A DNA stretch of 64,000 bases from Paludibacteraceae bacterium (GTDB lineage: Bacteria > Bacteroidota > Bacteroidia > Bacteroidales > Paludibacteraceae). A program made the translations under genes and the position numbers. A model generated the notes under the pieces. That model had not been told where the DNA came from and ran no database searches. It saw only the letters and a list, made by a program, of their open reading frames with translations. The stretch is taken from positions 17,410 through 81,409 of the forward strand of contig JAXJUN010000028.1 of NCBI GenBank assembly GCA_036309065.1, written 5' to 3'. Of the stretch, positions 61,646 through 64,000 are shown one piece after another (position 1 is the first letter of the stretch; the number at the start of each line of letters is the position of its first letter).

Positions 61646-63328
61646 ATGGAACCAACAATCACTATATTTTGTAAGAATACAGGTGCTTACCATGATGTGC
61701 CTCGTGGGATATCGCTTATTGAATTGAAGGACCAGTTGGGTATTCAATTGAAATATCCTATTATCGCAGCGCATGTGAATTATAAGGTGGAGAACCTTAA
61801 TTTCTTGATGTATAAGCCTAAGGATGTGGAGTTCTTAGATGCCAGTTCGCCTACAGGTATGCGCGTTTATGTGCGCACGCTCAATATGGTGCTCGCATGT
61901 GCTATTCATGAGCTCTATCCATCCATGGATTTGCGTATAGAGCATCCAATTAGCAAGGGCTATTACTGCACTTTGCAATGGCATTCTCATTCAGAGGATA
62001 CACAGCATAATAGTCCTGTAGTGACAGCAGATATGGTGGCTGCTATCAAGCAGCGGATGCAGCAGATCATAGCAGAAGATAGACCTATATATGAGGAAGA
62101 GAAGCGCACCAAGGATGTAATCAAGATGTTCGCTTCGCAATATAATAAGGGCACTATCTTTGAGACATTGGGTAATCCATACTGCCGTTATTTCCGTATG
62201 GGTGATTTCATTGATTATTATACGAATGTGCTGCTCCCCAGTTCGGGATATATCAATGTCTTCGATTTGGAGTTATTCCAAGATGGTATGCTTCTGCGTA
62301 TTCCAAATAGAGAGAATCCAACGATATTGGAGGATGCTATACAGCAAGATAAGATGTTTTCCATTTTCTGCGAGTATAGTCGTTGGAATAAACTGCTGCA
62401 TATTCATAATGTGACGGACTTTAATATTGCCTGCAAGCGTAATAAGTCGTTTGAAATGATTAAGTTAGCAGAAGCCTTGCATGAGAAAAAAGTGGCGCAG
62501 ATAGCAGATGCTATTGCGGAAAAGAGGCCTAAGATGATTTTTGTTTCAGGTCCTTCGTCCAGTGGTAAGACCACTTTCTCCAAGCGACTCCAGATACAAT
62601 TGATGGTGAATGGTATCAAGCCGGAGGTATTATCCATGGATGATTATTTTGTTAATCGTGTGGATACTCCAGTGGATGAGAATGGCGAATGGGATTTTGA
62701 GAATGTCAAGGCTGTTGATCTGCCATTCTTTAGGCAGCAGATGCAAGAATTATTAGAGGGTAAGGAGGTTGAATTACCCACTTATGATTTCTCAATCGGC
62801 GAGCGTGTTTTTGAGGGGCGCAAGCTGAAATTGCAAAAAGACTCCATCTTGCTTATAGAGGGATTGCATGCGCTCAATCCATGTATATTGCCAGATGTGG
62901 ATAGGAGTCTTACATTTAAGATTTATGTATCTGCTCTCACTACAATCAATATCGATAATCACAATTGGATTCCTACTACCGATATCCGCTTGCTACGCCG
63001 CGTAGTGCGCGATTATAAGTATAGAAATTTCTCTGCGCGTGAGACGATTGCCCGTTGCCCAAGTGTGGTGCGAGGAGAAATGAAATGGGTGTACCCATAC
63101 CAGGAAGAGGCGGATGTGATGTTCAATTCAGCGCTTATCTTTGAGTTTGCAGTGCTTAAGCGCCATGCAGAACCTATCTTGCAGGAGGTTCCTAAATATT
63201 GCGAGGAATATTCCGAAGCACATCGTTTGCTGAAGTTCTTGCAGTATTTCGTGCCTATACCAGAGAAGGAGATTCCTCCTACATCCTTGCTGCGTGAGTT
63301 TGTAGGTGGTAGTTCATTCCATTATTAA
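61646..63328 (+). CDS. nucleoside (uridine-kinase-like) kinase with N-terminal TGS/ThrRS-like domains
   Basis: Walker A FVSGPSSSGKTTFSKRL within a uridine-kinase-like C-terminal half. The N-terminal ~270 aa resemble the TGS plus second-additional-domain arrangement. Confidence 0.7.
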   Translation: MEPTITIFCKNTGAYHDVPRGISLIELKDQLGIQLKYPIIAAHVNYKVENLNFLMYKPKDVEFLDASSPTGMRVYVRTLNMVLACAIHELYPSMDLRIEHPISKGYYCTLQWHSHSEDTQHNSPVVTADMVAAIKQRMQQIIAEDRPIYEEEKRTKDVIKMFASQYNKGTIFETLGNPYCRYFRMGDFIDYYTNVLLPSSGYINVFDLELFQDGMLLRIPNRENPTILEDAIQQDKMFSIFCEYSRWNKLLHIHNVTDFNIACKRNKSFEMIKLAEALHEKKVAQIADAIAEKRPKMIFVSGPSSSGKTTFSKRLQIQLMVNGIKPEVLSMDDYFVNRVDTPVDENGEWDFENVKAVDLPFFRQQMQELLEGKEVELPTYDFSIGERVFEGRKLKLQKDSILLIEGLHALNPCILPDVDRSLTFKIYVSALTTINIDNHNWIPTTDIRLLRRVVRDYKYRNFSARETIARCPSVVRGEMKWVYPYQEEADVMFNSALIFEFAVLKRHAEPILQEVPKYCEEYSEAHRLLKFLQYFVPIPEKEIPPTSLLREFVGGSSFHY

Positions 63329-63342
63329 TAAATGATCAACTT

Positions 63343-63792
63343 ATGAAACGACTATTTGTATTACTCATTGCGGTAATCGCATATATATCTATCTATGCGG
63401 ATGATACGATAGCGGTTCCTAATCGCGTCGATATAGTATCTGAGATGTCAGGTGTGGAGCTCCATCAGGATTCCACGGTGGCCCGCTTATTGCATAATGT
63501 TATTTATGGTGAGCAAGAATTGATAGAGATTGATGGTTATCGTGTACAAATCTATTCCTCCAATCAGCAGCAGACGGCTAAAGAAGAAGCGCTGGAATTG
63601 GAGAAAAAACTAAAGGATTATTTACCTCACACTATATATGTGAGTTATGTTCCTCCATTCTGGAAGGTGCGCGTAGGCGATTTTCGTACCTATGAAGAGG
63701 CTCGCGATTATAAGAAGGAGTTCGTGCAGACTTATCCAGATCGAATAGGAGATACATATATTGTACGAGATAAGATTAAGGTGTTGCCATGA
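63343..63792 (+). CDS. SPOR-domain protein
   Basis: Signal peptide. C-terminal GYRVQIYSS...FWKVRVGDFRTYEEARDYKKEF matches the SPOR pattern. Confidence 0.65.
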   Translation: MKRLFVLLIAVIAYISIYADDTIAVPNRVDIVSEMSGVELHQDSTVARLLHNVIYGEQELIEIDGYRVQIYSSNQQQTAKEEALELEKKLKDYLPHTIYVSYVPPFWKVRVGDFRTYEEARDYKKEFVQTYPDRIGDTYIVRDKIKVLP

Positions 63793-64000
63793 ATTTACAG
63801 GACTTTCATAGCCGTCCAGAGGTGACGGAGCAAATAGCACAATCAGTCAAGACAGTGCTGGATCAGATAGGTGAAGACCCTCAGCGTGAGGGGCTTATCA
63901 AGACGCCTAAGCGCGTAGGTGAAGCGCTACAATTTTTGTGCAAAGGATATAACGAGGATCCCGAGGCTATCTTGCGCTCTGCGCTCTTTGAAGAGGAGTA
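63789..64000 (+). CDS. folE: GTP cyclohydrolase I, N-terminal 70 codons (runs off the window; absent from ORF track)
   Basis: ATGA overlap with the SPOR gene stop. My translation is MNLQDFHSRPEVTEQIAQSVKTVLDQIGEDPQREGLIKTPKRVGEALQFLCKGYNEDPEAILRSALFEEE, which contains the FolE GEDPxREGLxxTPxRV motif. Confidence 0.85.
   Translation, partial: MNLQDFHSRPEVTEQIAQSVKTVLDQIGEDPQREGLIKTPKRVGEALQFLCKGYNEDPEAILRSALFEEE

Overview
This 64-kb chromosomal segment looks like a Bacteroidota genome, probably Bacteroidales or Prevotella-like. That placement is inferred from TAnnTTTG -7 promoter boxes (some with TTTG about 20 nt upstream), the absence of Shine-Dalgarno sequences, T9SS-type C-terminal domains and the gene content.

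I can support about 45 protein genes.
- Housekeeping genes: ileS (5'-truncated by the window edge), mutL, acpP-fabF, asd, rnpA-yidD, trmD, gyrB, kdsA and folE (3'-truncated, not in the ORF track).
- Minus-strand operon: psd-deoC-psuK-psuG-porin, followed by a TPP riboswitch and a TonB-dependent receptor.
- Other genes: a Na/Pi cotransporter, a FeoB-like transporter with a secreted HMA protein, pepD and a MATE pump.

I found no rRNA, tRNA, CRISPR array, transposase, integrase, reverse transcriptase or recognisable defence gene.

The unusual part is 27.2-50.0 kb. It holds a 3373-aa modular secreted protein gene flanked by two long coding-free regions, followed by a tight four-gene operon. That operon encodes an outer-membrane beta-barrel, a K/A-rich beta-barrel/OmpA protein and two ~1,080-aa paralogous T9SS-type cargo proteins.

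The coding-free regions carry three features:
1. Dense CTAG-containing 8-9-nt tandem arrays.
2. A three-copy repeat whose helices show compensatory base changes between copies, making it a candidate structured RNA.
3. An orphan strong promoter followed by a 14-codon ORF whose stop codon sits in the loop of an intrinsic terminator.

Short 7-9-nt tandem arrays also fill several other spacers between co-directional genes.

All family assignments are by eye from motifs, with no searches run. Coordinates of RNA and repeat features were read directly from the sequence.
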